Assembly (NCBI GenBank): GCA_017469955.1 | Contig: JAFUFJ010000002.1 | Span: 15,695 to 79,694 of the forward strand | Length of the DNA stretch: 64,000 nucleotides | Direction: 5' to 3' | Source of the DNA: Prevotella sp. | GTDB taxonomy: Bacteria > Bacteroidota > Bacteroidia > Bacteroidales > Bacteroidaceae | Shown here: positions 37,382 to 48,367 of the stretch, in pieces | How positions within the stretch are numbered: the stretch's first letter is position 1 | Layout of the letters: each line of letters begins with the position of its first letter | The notes under the pieces: model-generated | What the model was told of the DNA's origin: nothing | The model's input: only the letters and a program-made list of their open reading frames with translations | Databases searched by the model: none | Made by a program: the position numbers and the translations under genes

Positions 37382-38939
37382 TGGGGCAGCAGGATTGCAA
37401 CTGTGCCCCTTTCTTCGGGTAACGATCGCATTCATTCTTGGCATTCTTCTGGCTGACTGGGCAGGAGGGAATGTCTCTCCGCCGACATGGCTATGGATGC
37501 TCGCCGGCGTTGTGGTCTTGACGTGCGCAGCCTGGCGCTGGAAAACGGCCCAAAGTGTTGCTGTCCTGCTTTCCTTTGTTGTCCTTGGTGCCTGGATAAT
37601 GTCGTCTTACGCATCGTCATTGCGGACATCCCTTCCTCAGGAGCGGACACTTTACAAAGCAATACTGACAAGTGAGCCGGTCAGACATGGCAAGGTCATT
37701 ATGTTTGACGCTATCGTGGCTGAGGGTGAATTGACGGGTCGTCATGTCAAGGTGTCTATGTTGCGTGACACAGTAGTGGGGCGATACCTGCGCTTACATG
37801 TCGGTGACGGATATACTGCTTGCTCCCGTTTTGAGAGACTAGCCAATTACCATCGTGGCAACTTCGACTATGTGCGCTGGCTTGAAGCCAACGGATTCTC
37901 GGCCAGAACCTTCGTGTTGCCTGCTGACTGGAGGAAAGACATCGTCAGTTTCAAGTCACTTTCTTCCATTCAAAGGCTGAAGATCAAAGCCTTGAAACTG
38001 AGACGATCATTGCTGGGAATATATAGAAGCCTCTCATTCTCAGATGACCAATATGCCCTGCTTTCCGCCATGACTTTAGGCGACAAGTCAAGCCTTACGA
38101 AAGAACTTCGGGAGCGTTTCTCCCAAGTAGGGGTGGCGCATGTGCTGGCCTTGTCAGGGCTTCATCTCGGCATTGTCTATTTCTTCCTTTCTTTTTTCTT
38201 CAGGCATTCAGACAAGTCGGTGCTGGTTCATGCCTTACTTCTGTTGTCAATATGGGCCTACGTGATGCTGGCAGGTCTGCCTGCAGGCATGGTGAGATCG
38301 GCCGTCATGCTGACGGTCTATGCCATCGTTGCCATGCTTCGCCGACAGCCCATGTCGCTGAACACCCTTTCGATGACGGCATTCCTGATGCTCGTCGTCA
38401 ATCCTTGCAGCCTTTGGGACGTCTCTTTCCAGATGTCGTTCATGTCGGTTCTCGGCATTGTTCTTTATTACAGACCGGTCTATACCATCCTCAGTCAGCA
38501 ATGGCTGCAGGCCCATCCTACGGTGTCATGGATATGGTCGATGCTGTCATTGTCGGTTGCTGCACAGATAGGAGTTGCTCCGTTGGTGGCTTACTATTTC
38601 GGGCAGTTCTCCACAAGCTTTGCACTCGGCAACCTGTTTGCCGTGCCGTTAACGACGCTCATCCTGTATTTGTCTCCCGTACTGTTGCTTCTGACGCCGT
38701 TGCATGCCCTGCAGGCTGCGGCTGCAATGGTGATGAAATGGCTGACAAGCCTGCTGACTCACGGAGTTATCCTGCTGTCAACACTGCCATTTGCCTCGGT
38801 CAACGACATTCATATCAATGCCATACAAGTCACACTTCTCTATGTGCTCGTCGGCATTATCACGGCATTGATACGTCTGCTTCATAAAGGAAGACGGCTG
38901 AGGAAAATGCTTCAAACGGAGAAGAACGACGACAGTTAA
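37374..38939 (+). CDS. comEC: ComEC/Rec2 family competence membrane protein
   Basis: AHVLALSGLHLG, VRSAVM, SFQMSF, multiple TM segments; no C-terminal MBL domain. Confidence 0.88.
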   Translation: MNDGAAGLQLCPFLRVTIAFILGILLADWAGGNVSPPTWLWMLAGVVVLTCAAWRWKTAQSVAVLLSFVVLGAWIMSSYASSLRTSLPQERTLYKAILTSEPVRHGKVIMFDAIVAEGELTGRHVKVSMLRDTVVGRYLRLHVGDGYTACSRFERLANYHRGNFDYVRWLEANGFSARTFVLPADWRKDIVSFKSLSSIQRLKIKALKLRRSLLGIYRSLSFSDDQYALLSAMTLGDKSSLTKELRERFSQVGVAHVLALSGLHLGIVYFFLSFFFRHSDKSVLVHALLLLSIWAYVMLAGLPAGMVRSAVMLTVYAIVAMLRRQPMSLNTLSMTAFLMLVVNPCSLWDVSFQMSFMSVLGIVLYYRPVYTILSQQWLQAHPTVSWIWSMLSLSVAAQIGVAPLVAYYFGQFSTSFALGNLFAVPLTTLILYLSPVLLLLTPLHALQAAAAMVMKWLTSLLTHGVILLSTLPFASVNDIHINAIQVTLLYVLVGIITALIRLLHKGRRLRKMLQTEKNDDS

Positions 38940-38943
38940 AAGA

Positions 38944-39003
38944 AAATTCTCCAGAGAATTCAGGAAATTCTCTGGAGAATTTATGAAATTTTCTGGTAGA
39001 TTT
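38944..39003. repeat. three 18-bp palindromes (AAATTCTC-NN-GAGAATTT) at 21-bp period
   Basis: Units at 38944, 38965, 38986 between convergent comEC and the ABC ATPase. Confidence 0.75.
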
Positions 39004-39057
39004 TCCCAAACAGCCATCCTTTCTCGCCGGCTGCCGGAAGAAATCGGAAAGGAAACA

Positions 39058-39783
39058 CTATTCGTTGACGGAGAAATAGATCTCCAATTCTTCGGATGCC
39101 CGATGCTCTTCATTGGAGAGATCCTTGATGATTTTCCCGCTTTCGAGCAATGCTATACGGGTAGAAATGTCAGTGGTGTGCTGCAGATTGTGAGACGAAA
39201 TGAGGATGGTGGCGTTCGTTTCCTGATGGAATTGAGTGAGAATCCTCTTCAGAATGTTCTGGCTCGAAGGGTCGAGAAAGTTGAAAGGTTCATCAAGAAT
39301 CAGCAGTTGCGGCTGGTTAAGAAGTGCGGCGATAATGCCGATCTTCTGCTTGTTGCCGGCTGAAAAGTCGCGGATCAACTTCTTCTGCTCCATGATTTCG
39401 CCCGCCATGAACGTGTCAAAACCTTGAAGACGCAGGCTGAGCGTCTCCTTGTCAATGCTGCATATCCTGGCGATGAACTCAAAGTATTCTTCAGGAGTGA
39501 GAAAGTCGATGAGGAAACCGTCGTCAATGTAAGCTCCGGATAGTTTCTTCCATTCTTCGCTTTCAGCAGGGTTGATGCCGTCTTCCCCATCCGTAGGCGA
39601 CATGACTACACGGCCCTCGTCAGCCTTTAGCAGGTCGAGAATGATGCGGAAGAGCGTGGTCTTTCCAGCTCCGTTGTTACCTACAAGTCCGAGTATGTCG
39701 CCATGATTGACGGTGAAGTCCTGTATGTCGACGGCAGTTTTCTCGCCGAAGCACTTTCTGATGTTGCTGATTTGCAGTTTCAT
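39058..39783 (-). CDS. ABC transporter ATP-binding protein
   Basis: GNNGAGKTT, FSAGNKQK, ILDEP, ISSH. Confidence 0.93.
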   Translation of the reverse strand: MKLQISNIRKCFGEKTAVDIQDFTVNHGDILGLVGNNGAGKTTLFRIILDLLKADEGRVVMSPTDGEDGINPAESEEWKKLSGAYIDDGFLIDFLTPEEYFEFIARICSIDKETLSLRLQGFDTFMAGEIMEQKKLIRDFSAGNKQKIGIIAALLNQPQLLILDEPFNFLDPSSQNILKRILTQFHQETNATILISSHNLQHTTDISTRIALLESGKIIKDLSNEEHRASEELEIYFSVNE

Positions 39784-39799
39784 GTTCTTTCCTTTTTAA

Positions 39800-39865
39800 G
39801 CAAAAGGGTTTACGCCACCGTCGCGATATCTGTCGGTATCGCTTTCGTAGCATAAACCCTTAGCC
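39800..39865 (-). terminator. hairpin downstream of secA
   Basis: AAGGGTTTA...TAAACCCTT inverted repeat. Confidence 0.5.
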
Positions 39866-39880
39866 TTTGTTTTCATATAT

Positions 39881-42800
39881 TTATGAGAGTCCTCGTCCGT
39901 GACACTTCTTGAACTTCTTGCCGGATCCGCACGGACATGGGTCGTTCGGACCAGGCAGTTTGTCGCGAACGATGGGCGTATGGTTGCGCTGAGCGGCCTG
40001 CGCCCGGGTGTCTTGTTGCTGTGCAGCACGCTGTCCGGGGTCGGTAAGGTCGTCCTTTTGCTCGTTGTATCGTTGGCTTCTCTGCTCAGGAGCAGCCTCC
40101 TGTACCTGTTGAATCTCGGGAATCTGTCCGCGCATGAGGATGGAAGCTATGCGGTTGTTCATGTCGTCTATCATCGTGTCCCATAGCTTTGCACTCTCGA
40201 GTTTGAAGATAAGCAGGGGGTCTTTCTGCTCATACGATGCGTTTTGTACCGAGTGGCGCAACTCGTCAAGCTGACGTAGATTCTCCTTCCAGTTGTCGTC
40301 AATATGGTGCAACATGATGACTTTCTCGAACTGTTTGACGACGTCTTTGGCCTCCGTGTCATAGGCATCTTTGAGATTGCACGGAATGTTGTAGACGCGT
40401 TTCCCGTCAGTAACGGGCACCATGATGCGCTCATATATGGCTCCTTGCTCCTCATACACCTGCTTGATGACCGGCCATGCTGTGTTTTGTATGCGCTCAG
40501 TCTTACGGGTGAAGTTGGCCATTGCCTCCTGGAAAGCACGCTCTTCAAGCTCTTCCAAGTGGCCGGCGTTGAACTCTTCTTCTGCGAAAGGACACTCCAT
40601 GGCAAGTATCTTAAGGAATTGCTCACGGCATCCAACATAGTCATTGCTTTCGATAATGCTGACAATACGGTCCCATATCACATTGGCTATGTCCATTCCA
40701 ATGCGTTCGCCCATCAGGGCATGTCGACGCTTGTCATAGATAACCGTGCGTTGTTTGTTCATCACGTCGTCGTATTCGAGCAGGTGCTTTCGGATGCCGA
40801 AGTTGTTTTCTTCAACTTTCTTCTGAGCCCTCTCGATGTTTTTCGACATCCAAGGGTGCTCGATCACTTCGCCTTCCTTGATACCAAGACGGTCCATCAC
40901 GCTGGCAATACGCTCGGAGCCGAAGAGACGCATGAGCTTATCCTCCAATGAAATGTAGAAAACAGACGAACCAGGGTCGCCTTGACGTCCCGCACGTCCA
41001 CGTAATTGTCGGTCGACACGTCGGCTTTCGTGGCGTTCAGTACCGATGATAGCCAAGCCTCCTGCTTCCTTTACTTCATCAGAAAGCTTAATGTCGGTAC
41101 CACGACCAGCCATGTTCGTAGCGATGGTGACGGCTCCGAGCAGGCGTTCTTCTTCTTTGATGAAGGCAGCAACAGGCTGCTCTGGCAGCTGCGGATGCTT
41201 GCTTTTCTTGTCAGCTTCAATAAGCTGTTCCTGGTATTTGGTAGCTGAAAGCCGGTCGCTAAAGGCTCTTCCGTCGCTGGTTACGAACGCTTTGCCCATT
41301 GTACTTTGTCCGGCATTGGCCACGATGTCGGCCTCTTTCTGGTGTAGTTTGGCGTTCAACACCTGATGAGGGATGTTGCGAATCTTCAGCATGCGCGAGA
41401 GAAGTTCGGATATTTCGACAGATGTCGTGCCGACAAGTGTCGGTCGTCCTTCGTTGCGCATCTTGACAATCTCATCGATGACGGCAGCATATTTCTCCCT
41501 CGCAGTTTTGTATATACGGTCGTCTTGGTCGTTGCGGATGACGGGTTTGTTGGTCGGTATCTCTACGACGTCAAGCTTATATATGTCCCAGAACTCACCG
41601 GCCTCGGTGGAAGCGGTACCTGTCATGCCGGCCAATTTGTGGTACATACGGAAATAGTTCTGCAGGGTGATGGTCGCAAAGGTCTGGGTAGCAGCCTCGA
41701 CTTTTACGTGTTCCTTGGCTTCTACGGCCTGGTGGAGACCGTCAGACCAGCGTCGCCCTTCCATGATACGGCCGGTTTGCTCGTCGACAATCTTCACTTC
41801 GCCGTCGATAACCACGTATTCATCATCTTTGTTGAACATGCAATAGGCTTTAAGAAGCTGCTGCAGCGTATGCACCCGCTCGCTTTGTACGCCATAGTGA
41901 TTCATCAGATCATCCTTCTTGTTGACGCGTTCCTCTTCGGAAAGGGTCGTGTCTGCTTCGAGGGCTGACAGCTGTGATGCGATGTCTGGCAGCACAAACA
42001 GGTCGGCATCATCCACCTGATCGGCCAGCCAGGCTGTTCCTTTGTCGGTCAAGTCGCAGGAATTCAGTTTCTCGTCAACAACAAAGTAGAGCGGCTCCAC
42101 AGCCTTTGGCATCTCTCTGTTGTTGTTTTGCATGTAGTATTCCTCGGTCTTCAACATGCCGGCCTTGATGCCTTCTTCAGAAAGATACTTGATGAGCGGC
42201 TTGTTTTTTGGAAGGCTCTTGTAGGAGCGGAAGAGGGCAAGGAAGCCTTCTTCTGTGAGTTTCTGGTCTCCTTTTTCCTGTCCTTCGGTGATTTTCTGCT
42301 TGGCTTCGGAAAGATATTGGGTGGCCAGCTGGCGCTGAACGCCTACCAGACGCTCGACCAAAGGCTGGTATTCTTCGAACATTTGGTCGTCACCCTTGGG
42401 CACAGGACCGGAAATAATCAGTGGCGTACGTGCATCGTCAATAAGTACTGAGTCAACCTCGTCGACGATAGCATAGTTGTGTCGTCGCTGTACAAGGTCG
42501 GCAGGTGAGATGGCCATGTTGTCTCTCAGGTAGTCAAAGCCGAACTCATTGTTCGTTCCGAACGTGATATCTGCCTCATATGCCTTGCGACGCTCGGGCG
42601 AATTGGGCTTATGTTTGTCGATGCAGTCAACGGAAAGTCCGTTAAACATGTAGAGAGGTCCCATCCATTCGGAGTCGCGCTTGGCCAGATAGTCGTTGAC
42701 CGTGACGACGTGAACGCCATTGCCTGTCAGGGCGTTGAGGAACACAGGCAGGGTAGCTACGAGCGTTTTGCCCTCGCCAGTGGCCATCTCTGCTATCTTT

Positions 42801-43360
42801 CCTTGGTGCAGAACGACACCGCCAAAGAGCTGTACGTCGTAGTGAACCATCTCCCATTTGAGGTCGTTTCCTCCTGCAGTCCAATGATTATGGTACACGG
42901 CCTTGTCGCCGTCTATGGTGATAAAGTCTTTGCGAGGGTCGCTGGCCAGCTCCCGATCGAAATCGGTTGCGGTGACAATGGTTTCCTCGTTTTCGGCAAA
43001 ACGGCGGGCAGTCTCCTTGACAATGCTGAAAGCTACGGGCATGACCTCGTCAAGAGCTTTCTCATAAATCTCCAGAGCCTCCTTGTCAATCTTGTCGATC
43101 TGGTTGAATATGGCTTCGCGTTCATCGAGCGGAGTGTCCTCAATCGTGGCTTTCAGCTCGGCTATTTTCTCCATTTCGGCTTTAGCCGACTCTTGCACAT
43201 ACTTCTGTATTTCCTTGGTCTTCTGGCGCAACTCGTCGTTGCTCAGCTTCTGTATCTCGGGATAGGCAGCCTTTACTTTGTCGACAAGAGGCTGGATAAG
43301 CTTCATGTCGCGGGCTGACTTGTCTCCGAACAGTGATTTTAAAAATTTGTTGAGATTCAT
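39881..43360 (-). CDS. secA: preprotein translocase subunit SecA
   Basis: [40 protein letters not shown]-terminal [13 protein letters not shown]. Confidence 0.99.
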   Translation of the reverse strand: MNLNKFLKSLFGDKSARDMKLIQPLVDKVKAAYPEIQKLSNDELRQKTKEIQKYVQESAKAEMEKIAELKATIEDTPLDEREAIFNQIDKIDKEALEIYEKALDEVMPVAFSIVKETARRFAENEETIVTATDFDRELASDPRKDFITIDGDKAVYHNHWTAGGNDLKWEMVHYDVQLFGGVVLHQGKIAEMATGEGKTLVATLPVFLNALTGNGVHVVTVNDYLAKRDSEWMGPLYMFNGLSVDCIDKHKPNSPERRKAYEADITFGTNNEFGFDYLRDNMAISPADLVQRRHNYAIVDEVDSVLIDDARTPLIISGPVPKGDDQMFEEYQPLVERLVGVQRQLATQYLSEAKQKITEGQEKGDQKLTEEGFLALFRSYKSLPKNKPLIKYLSEEGIKAGMLKTEEYYMQNNNREMPKAVEPLYFVVDEKLNSCDLTDKGTAWLADQVDDADLFVLPDIASQLSALEADTTLSEEERVNKKDDLMNHYGVQSERVHTLQQLLKAYCMFNKDDEYVVIDGEVKIVDEQTGRIMEGRRWSDGLHQAVEAKEHVKVEAATQTFATITLQNYFRMYHKLAGMTGTASTEAGEFWDIYKLDVVEIPTNKPVIRNDQDDRIYKTAREKYAAVIDEIVKMRNEGRPTLVGTTSVEISELLSRMLKIRNIPHQVLNAKLHQKEADIVANAGQSTMGKAFVTSDGRAFSDRLSATKYQEQLIEADKKSKHPQLPEQPVAAFIKEEERLLGAVTIATNMAGRGTDIKLSDEVKEAGGLAIIGTERHESRRVDRQLRGRAGRQGDPGSSVFYISLEDKLMRLFGSERIASVMDRLGIKEGEVIEHPWMSKNIERAQKKVEENNFGIRKHLLEYDDVMNKQRTVIYDKRRHALMGERIGMDIANVIWDRIVSIIESNDYVGCREQFLKILAMECPFAEEEFNAGHLEELEERAFQEAMANFTRKTERIQNTAWPVIKQVYEEQGAIYERIMVPVTDGKRVYNIPCNLKDAYDTEAKDVVKQFEKVIMLHHIDDNWKENLRQLDELRHSVQNASYEQKDPLLIFKLESAKLWDTMIDDMNNRIASILMRGQIPEIQQVQEAAPEQRSQRYNEQKDDLTDPGQRAAQQQDTRAQAAQRNHTPIVRDKLPGPNDPCPCGSGKKFKKCHGRGLS

Positions 43361-43525
43361 TTCTTATTTTGTTTATATTTGTTTCTGTTCAATTTCTTTT
43401 TGCGCGTATGAATGCGTGTTAGAACGTGCAAAATTACAAAGAAAAATCCGTATCTGCGTAGTTTTTCCCTGCAATTTAGGTCTTATTAATACCTTTTTGT
43501 TTCCAATGTCTTATGGGAAGTGCCT

Positions 43526-43632
43526 GAGAAAGCTATCCTTTTAGGGTGAGAAGTCTATGGTTTGTCACCAATAACTCTATCCTTTCTCACCGATAAGTCT
43601 TAGCTTTCTGGGGCTGAAAGGATAGCTTTCTT
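43526..43632. repeat. 107-bp five-unit 22-bp-period palindromic element (copy 4)
   Basis: Units at 43526, 43548, 43570, 43592, 43614; terminal IR with 2 mismatches. Confidence 0.92.
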
Positions 43633-43652
43633 GACTTGCCGTGCATGCTTCG

Positions 43653-45017
43653 TTAGAACAAAGGGGCTTCCTTGCATGCGTTCGGAGCTCTGATTTGGAT
43701 GGCCTTTGCTATCGTTGGTGCAATACAATCAACGGTAACTGGGGTGTTGATATGTTCGGCTTTAATGCCGCTTCCATAGAAGATGATGGGGAAGGGGATG
43801 AAGCTTGCTCGCCAAGTAAAGTTCTCTCTGTTGTCCTCATTGAGCAGTTGCCATCCTGGTGATATCTCAACTAACAGGTCGCCACTGATGGCAGGTGTGT
43901 AGGGACTTTCCTTGACTTCTCTCACACCTGCGTTCTGAATCAAGAACTCCTTTGACCGTGAAACTACGTCAGCATAGCTAATGTGATTCTTCTCAATAAG
44001 CTTGCGGTTGAGGTAGATCTGATTGTGAAAACAGGTTTCGACATACATCCCTTGTCCGTATATAGCTGAGAGATATAGGTTTAGAAGGTTAGCCGTGCGG
44101 TTGATATAGAACGTTCCGGTCGGGATGTGATATTTGGCATAATCAACTTGAGGGTCGTCGGTGTATCCGGTACTTGTCAATACAAAAAGTACGTTATCCT
44201 TACCAATCTTCTCCTCGATTGTCGAGACAAATTGGGCTAAAACCTTGTCGAGCGACACGTAGATGTCTTTCATTTCGGTCTGCCATTTTGTCTTGTTTTC
44301 ACCTTTTGCAGAAAAAGTCACCGCAAGATAGTCAGTGACAGCGTCGCGCCCCATTGAGTTTTCTGTAATACAATCCAAAGAGAAATTGCATGCTTCTTCA
44401 TTTGTACGCTTCTTGTTTTTAGCAGTTTGCGGATTTTTGCTTCTGTAAAGCTTCAGCCATTGCCTGGCCTCCTCGGAGTAGTATTCGGAGGTAATCCACA
44501 TGCCACTGCTCTCATCTATCCAGAAAGCGGCATCAGCTGCATGGCCTGCAGACAAGATGGCAGCATCAGGAAGGCATGCAATGCCGAAGACAACCGATGC
44601 ACCGTCAGAGCTGACTTTCAGTTCATCACTGATGGTCGATGTAGCGATGTTTTGTGGCGAAGCATAGAATTTCGGGTCGTCTACGCAGAATATAGGCCGT
44701 AGTGTGTTGCGGTCGAGCCAGCGTTCGGCGGGAATGTTGTTGTAGTAAGGCGTTGTTCCTGTGGCAATTGCAGTGATTGCCGATGCCTTGTCTACTGGTG
44801 AAAATGGATAGCAGACAGCCTCATACACACGCCCTTCTCCCAGCAGTTTTTTGAATCCTCCTTGTGAGTAGAGCGGTGCGAAGTGCTCTATGTAGTCGGT
44901 TCTTAACTGGTCGATGGTGATGTTGACTACCAGTCGTGGGGCAGGTTGGAGCGTCTGGGCCTCCACTTCTGCCGAGGAAATAGCTGCTAATACGATAGCA
45001 GAGATGTATTTATTCAT
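43653..45017 (-). CDS. alkaline phosphatase (PafA-like) superfamily protein
   Basis: PRLVVNITIDQLRTDY, GGFKKL, AGHAAD, IAPTIA; several catalytic motifs look degenerate. Confidence 0.8.
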   Translation of the reverse strand: MNKYISAIVLAAISSAEVEAQTLQPAPRLVVNITIDQLRTDYIEHFAPLYSQGGFKKLLGEGRVYEAVCYPFSPVDKASAITAIATGTTPYYNNIPAERWLDRNTLRPIFCVDDPKFYASPQNIATSTISDELKVSSDGASVVFGIACLPDAAILSAGHAADAAFWIDESSGMWITSEYYSEEARQWLKLYRSKNPQTAKNKKRTNEEACNFSLDCITENSMGRDAVTDYLAVTFSAKGENKTKWQTEMKDIYVSLDKVLAQFVSTIEEKIGKDNVLFVLTSTGYTDDPQVDYAKYHIPTGTFYINRTANLLNLYLSAIYGQGMYVETCFHNQIYLNRKLIEKNHISYADVVSRSKEFLIQNAGVREVKESPYTPAISGDLLVEISPGWQLLNEDNRENFTWRASFIPFPIIFYGSGIKAEHINTPVTVDCIAPTIAKAIQIRAPNACKEAPLF

Positions 45018-46248
45018 GCCAGATCTTTATATTTACATAACATCTTATAAGCAAACAAAGTGCCAAAACATTCATTCCTTCAGCATAATGCTGCAGGAAA
45101 TTTCCAAGGAAAAACAAAAGGATGCAAATGGCATATGCCTGCCAAAGCCAATGTCTCTTTCCTGTTTGTCTATGCCTGACGGTGTGGTAGAGGCATAGAA
45201 GAGCCAGAGGATTCAGTAGCAGAATCTGGAGATTGGCCTGGACAGTGGGGTGCTCGGAGAAGATCATCGCAAAAAGAATGATACCGCAAAGTCCGGCGAG
45301 CGACAGCAATATGGCGTCAAACAGCCAGACGATTTTTCTTCGTATGCATTCGGCGATGGTGATGACAAGCGTGAAGAGCATCAGAAAAGTGGCACATGCC
45401 ATTGGAGAGGGGAGTGAAACTTGGCTTGTCTCCTCAGTTTCGCAGAGTAATTGGGATTCCTCTGATACAATCATTCGGATGGAGTCTCCTTCGCTAATGC
45501 CCCAATGTTCATAGCTATTCATCAGATTGATGGGCAGGAAGAGGCTCTGCTCGTGTGTAATATGTCTGTCGGCCTTCAGACCCAACAGCAGGTCATTTCC
45601 CAACCGGGCCCATCTGTCTTCGCTGTTGTAGTAGTGGATGCAATCCCTATACGTAAGGGCAAATCCGTTGAAGCCGTCAATGTCGAAAGCAGCTCTGCTT
45701 CCGTTCAGATGGTCGGTAATCATCTTGTCGGCTCGCGTCGTGCAGTTGTCGTAGAGATAGTCGTATCGATAAAAGCGGTTTTCCGGCAGGTCGTTTTTCT
45801 TGACAGCGTCTATTATGAGCCGTTTTTCCCTTGGCAGCAAGTTCAGCTTCTGCTGGTAAACCCAACGTCCTTCTTCTTCATATTCCTCGAGAAACATTTC
45901 CATGGGCGAGATGCCCATGCGGTAGTCTGTGCGTCCGAAAATGAATCGTAGGATGAAATGGGGCTGCTTGAACGAAAAAAGCCCCCAGTTGACAGCAACG
46001 TCATTGAAGGTGAACGCCTCGCCTTTCTTGTTGTAGAAAGTGAAAGGGTAGCCCTCTATGCGGATGGCTGTGTGGCCATATAATTCATAAGAGAGCCTTC
46101 CAGGACCGCACGTGAGCAGACTTATCCTTACAGAATCAATCTCTTCGTATGAAATGTCCTCTGTTTGTGCACGGGCAACTCCAGAAGTTGTTAAAGACAA
46201 TAAAAAAGCTAACCACGTAGCCTTAAAAATATGTTTAAAACGTTTCAC
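45010..46248 (-). CDS. DUF4105 / Lnb-like protein (periplasmic domain plus C-terminal TM helices)
   Basis: ISLLTCGPG, YGHTAIR, YDYLYDNCTTR; GTG start placed downstream of the TATTTTTG promoter box. Confidence 0.75.
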   Translation of the reverse strand: MKRFKHIFKATWLAFLLSLTTSGVARAQTEDISYEEIDSVRISLLTCGPGRLSYELYGHTAIRIEGYPFTFYNKKGEAFTFNDVAVNWGLFSFKQPHFILRFIFGRTDYRMGISPMEMFLEEYEEEGRWVYQQKLNLLPREKRLIIDAVKKNDLPENRFYRYDYLYDNCTTRADKMITDHLNGSRAAFDIDGFNGFALTYRDCIHYYNSEDRWARLGNDLLLGLKADRHITHEQSLFLPINLMNSYEHWGISEGDSIRMIVSEESQLLCETEETSQVSLPSPMACATFLMLFTLVITIAECIRRKIVWLFDAILLSLAGLCGIILFAMIFSEHPTVQANLQILLLNPLALLCLYHTVRHRQTGKRHWLWQAYAICILLFFLGNFLQHYAEGMNVLALCLLIRCYVNIKIWHE

Positions 46249-46360
46249 GATGCAAAAATAGCTTATATTTTGCATTTTTCATGCTTTTAATTCGATTTTT
46301 TTCAATAATTTTGCATGCTGAATATTAATAATGCACGACGCGCATTCTATAAAAGAGACA

Positions 46361-47662
46361 ATGAAGAAATTTATTATATTCGCAATTCTGATGACAGTGA
46401 CTACTCCTTTAGTAGCACAAAGTGGGACAAACTCGCCTTATAGTCAGTATGGGCTGGGGGCGTTATGCGAACCGGCTACGGGGTTTAACCGAGGAATGAA
46501 TGGGCTTGGAATCGCTTTTCGCGAGCATAACCAGATCAACATAACAAATCCTGCGTCATATTCGGTCATCGACTCCCTGAGCTTTATCTTTGACGTGGGT
46601 ATGTCAGGACAGCTGACTAACTTTGAACAAAATGGGAAAAGGCTTAATGCAAAGACTGCCAATATCGAATATATCGTGGCAGGATTCCGTGCGGCCAGAC
46701 ATTTGGGAGTCACTTTCGGAATCCTTCCATACACCACAATAGGATATAGTTATTCGAATACGGAGAAGATCGATCGGCAGAATACAGGAAGTGAAGTAGC
46801 ATATACTAATACGTATTCTGGTAGTGGGGGCTTGCATCAGGCATACGTCGGTGCAGGATGGGAACCGTTGAAAGGCCTTTCAATAGGTGCAAATGTCGGC
46901 TATTTGTGGGGAAGTATGAACCGCTCTATCGTGAACTCTTATAGTAATGCAGCTGTGAATACCCTTGCTAAATATTATACAGCATCTGCAAAAAGCTATA
47001 AGGCAGACTTCGGATTGCAGTATAAGTTGAGGCTGACAGGCAAGGATTACGTAAGTATAGGTGTTACATACGGATTGGGACATAGGCTGGACGCAGATCC
47101 AACATGCTGGGTTATATCAACGAATACCCAAACATCTGTTTCGGACACAACAAAATATGTTGTAGAGAAAGGATTGGAAATCCCCACGACTTATGGAGCC
47201 GGAATCATGTATAATCATGCTGAAAAGTGGAAAGTAGGCTTTGACTACCAGCAGCAACAGTGGGCTCAGATAGACTTTCCTGTGTACAGCGTAGAGAATG
47301 AAATCCCTCAATACACACTGAGGTCTGGATATTACAAGGATCGTCAAAAGTTCACTTTTGGTGGTGAGTATTGTCAAAATGAAATGGGAAGAAAGTTTAT
47401 TGACAGAATTAGATACAGGGCAGGCGTATCTTACAGCACACCTTATTTATATATAAACGGTCAGGATGGTCCGAAAGAACTTAGCATTAGCGCAGGTTTC
47501 GGCATACCGATTATGAACAAAAACAACTATCGTTCCATCTTGAACATTTCCGGTCAATGGGTACAGCAGGAAGCAAAGGGGCTGATAAAGGAGAATACAT
47601 TCCGGATCAATGTCGGACTAACGTTTAATGAACGCTGGTTTGCCAAGTGGAAAGTTGAATGA
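46361..47662 (+). CDS. outer-membrane beta-barrel protein (FadL/OmpP1-like)
   Basis: Signal peptide, NSPYSQYGLG, NPASYS, C-terminal TFNERWF. Confidence 0.75.
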   Translation: MKKFIIFAILMTVTTPLVAQSGTNSPYSQYGLGALCEPATGFNRGMNGLGIAFREHNQINITNPASYSVIDSLSFIFDVGMSGQLTNFEQNGKRLNAKTANIEYIVAGFRAARHLGVTFGILPYTTIGYSYSNTEKIDRQNTGSEVAYTNTYSGSGGLHQAYVGAGWEPLKGLSIGANVGYLWGSMNRSIVNSYSNAAVNTLAKYYTASAKSYKADFGLQYKLRLTGKDYVSIGVTYGLGHRLDADPTCWVISTNTQTSVSDTTKYVVEKGLEIPTTYGAGIMYNHAEKWKVGFDYQQQQWAQIDFPVYSVENEIPQYTLRSGYYKDRQKFTFGGEYCQNEMGRKFIDRIRYRAGVSYSTPYLYINGQDGPKELSISAGFGIPIMNKNNYRSILNISGQWVQQEAKGLIKENTFRINVGLTFNERWFAKWKVE

Positions 47663-47690
47663 CGGTTTCGAAATACAAGATAGTCTCTGC

Positions 47691-48335
47691 ATGAGAAACT
47701 CTTCCACACATTTCCTTTATGTCAGCCTTCTCTTGTTCTTTGCGGTGTCTTGTAATAGGCAGCAGGAGCATACAGCACCGGCTATTTACGACCGGGACTC
47801 AGTGGCAATGATGACCAGTTATGGGGTAAATACGCTGATATCTGATTCTGGAGTCATCAAATATCGGGTTGTTGCCGAGCAATGGGAGGTGAACGACAAG
47901 GTGAATCCTTCTCGTTCAATCTTTGAAAAAGGAGTGTTTCTGACCCAGTTTGACGACAATTTCCATATTCAGGCATATATACAATGTGACACTGCTTACA
48001 ATTATGACAAGCTGAAACTGTGGAAATTGCGTGGTCGTGTTCGCATATTGACTAAAGATGGCCTTCGATATTATAGCGAAGAGCTGTATTGGGATGAGCG
48101 TCGTCATGAGTTGTATTCAAATGTATACTCTCGCCTTGTCACTCCTGAAAGGGATTTGGAAGGAAGCTATTTTCGTAGCGATGAGCGCATGACAAAATAT
48201 TATGTCGCCAACAGTAAAGGCTCTTTTGAAAAAGATGATTTTGAGAAAGACGACGATGATGACAATGTTGCTCGCGAGATGCAGGAGGAAGATTTACGGC
48301 CTCAGGCATCTCCACATCGTCGAACTCGGTTGTAG
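47691..48335 (+). CDS. lptC: LPS export protein LptC
   Basis: TLISDSG, CDTAY, SEELYWD, beta-jellyroll pattern; usual Bacteroidales position before the hemolysin-family gene. Confidence 0.8.
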   Translation: MRNSSTHFLYVSLLLFFAVSCNRQQEHTAPAIYDRDSVAMMTSYGVNTLISDSGVIKYRVVAEQWEVNDKVNPSRSIFEKGVFLTQFDDNFHIQAYIQCDTAYNYDKLKLWKLRGRVRILTKDGLRYYSEELYWDERRHELYSNVYSRLVTPERDLEGSYFRSDERMTKYYVANSKGSFEKDDFEKDDDDDNVAREMQEEDLRPQASPHRRTRL

Positions 48336-48367
48336 ACATCTGTATAACGAATAAACGAAAATCAGTT

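Noticed and set aside
41144-41303. Intein in SecA
   Set aside because: Far too short and lacks the C-terminal His-Asn and block motifs.
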